The notes under the pieces are model-generated. The model was not told the origin of the DNA. It was given only the letters and a program-made list of their open reading frames with translations, and did not search any database. 64,000 bases of DNA from a virus (Duplodnaviria; Caudoviricetes): positions 1,365 through 65,364 of IMG/VR virus record IMGVR_UViG_3300005532_000244; one strand, 5' to 3'. Positions 63,705-64,000 of this stretch are shown here, in pieces. A program made the position numbers and the translations under genes. How positions within the stretch are numbered: the first letter of the stretch is position 1; each line of letters starts with the position of its first letter.

Positions 63705-64000
63705 CGCCGATCGGTCTCCCGCGCGAAGAAAGTCACCGCTCGCTTCAGGATCTCGCGCTCCTGCTCGAGCTCCCGCACCTGGCGACGGAGCTTGCGCAGC
63801 TCCTCGAGCTGATCCGTGGTCAGCCCGTCGTCGCGCTCACCGCGATCAAGCTGGTCCTGACGCACCCAGATCCGAAGCGACTCCGTACTGACGCCGAGCT
63901 CGCCGGCGACCTGCTTGATCGAACGGCCCGACGCCTTGACCAGGCTGACCGCCTCACGCCGAAACTCGGGCGGGTAGGGCCGCTGATACCGCTGTGGCAT
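63701..64000 (-). CDS. IS3 transposase OrfA (HTH)
   Basis: [10 protein letters not shown]...[12 protein letters not shown]. Confidence 0.93.
   Translation of the reverse strand: MPQRYQRPYPPEFRREAVSLVKASGRSIKQVAGELGVSTESLRIWVRQDQLDRGERDDGLTTDQLEELRKLRRQVRELEQEREILKRAVTFFARETDRR

Larger units (their letters stand above)
62784..64000 (-). mobile_element. IS3-family insertion sequence (other end outside window)
   Basis: Terminal TG (TGAAGTTCCCCCGTTTCGGTGGACA); orfA/orfB. Confidence 0.93.

Overview
Nearly the whole window (1 to about 62,620) is one GC-rich temperate siphovirus-type prophage, probably from an Actinomycetota host (Thermoleophilia-like; this is inference). Its left end lies outside the window. 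Its right end is marked by a tRNA 3'-end duplication (tRNA-Val-like attR, 62599-62623). Beyond that are a separate tRNA-Gly(CCC) 3' remnant and an IS3-family element inserted into that remnant's T-stem. Layout: a leftward early operon (C5 methyltransferase, integrase, excisionase, two HNH nucleases, Cas4-like exonuclease, RecT); a divergent Cro/cI pair on a near-palindromic 55-bp switch; a second, catalytic-domain-only tyrosine recombinase; late regulators; TerS/TerL; a 1222-aa portal fused to Cys-rich, NUDIX and MuF-like domains; a ~10-kb insert between portal and protease (fibre-like subunits, two periodic repeat proteins, a secreted Cys-rich protein, a methyltransferase, two glycosyltransferase-like genes); protease/scaffold, capsid, tail (with a -1 frameshift chaperone) and lysis genes; and a convergent leftward replication/modification operon (Rep with ori-like repeats, RusA, ASCH, DUF5131, two more DNA methyltransferases, an Rpf-like muralytic enzyme). 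The best candidates for undescribed biology are (i) a possible ruler-templated, glycosylated virion-fibre module, (ii) a portal polyprotein with Lys-centred junction motifs matching those of the protease/scaffold, and (iii) an att site that appears to split the early operon so that replication genes would join their promoter only after excision. All product calls come from reading motifs by eye; no database searches were run.
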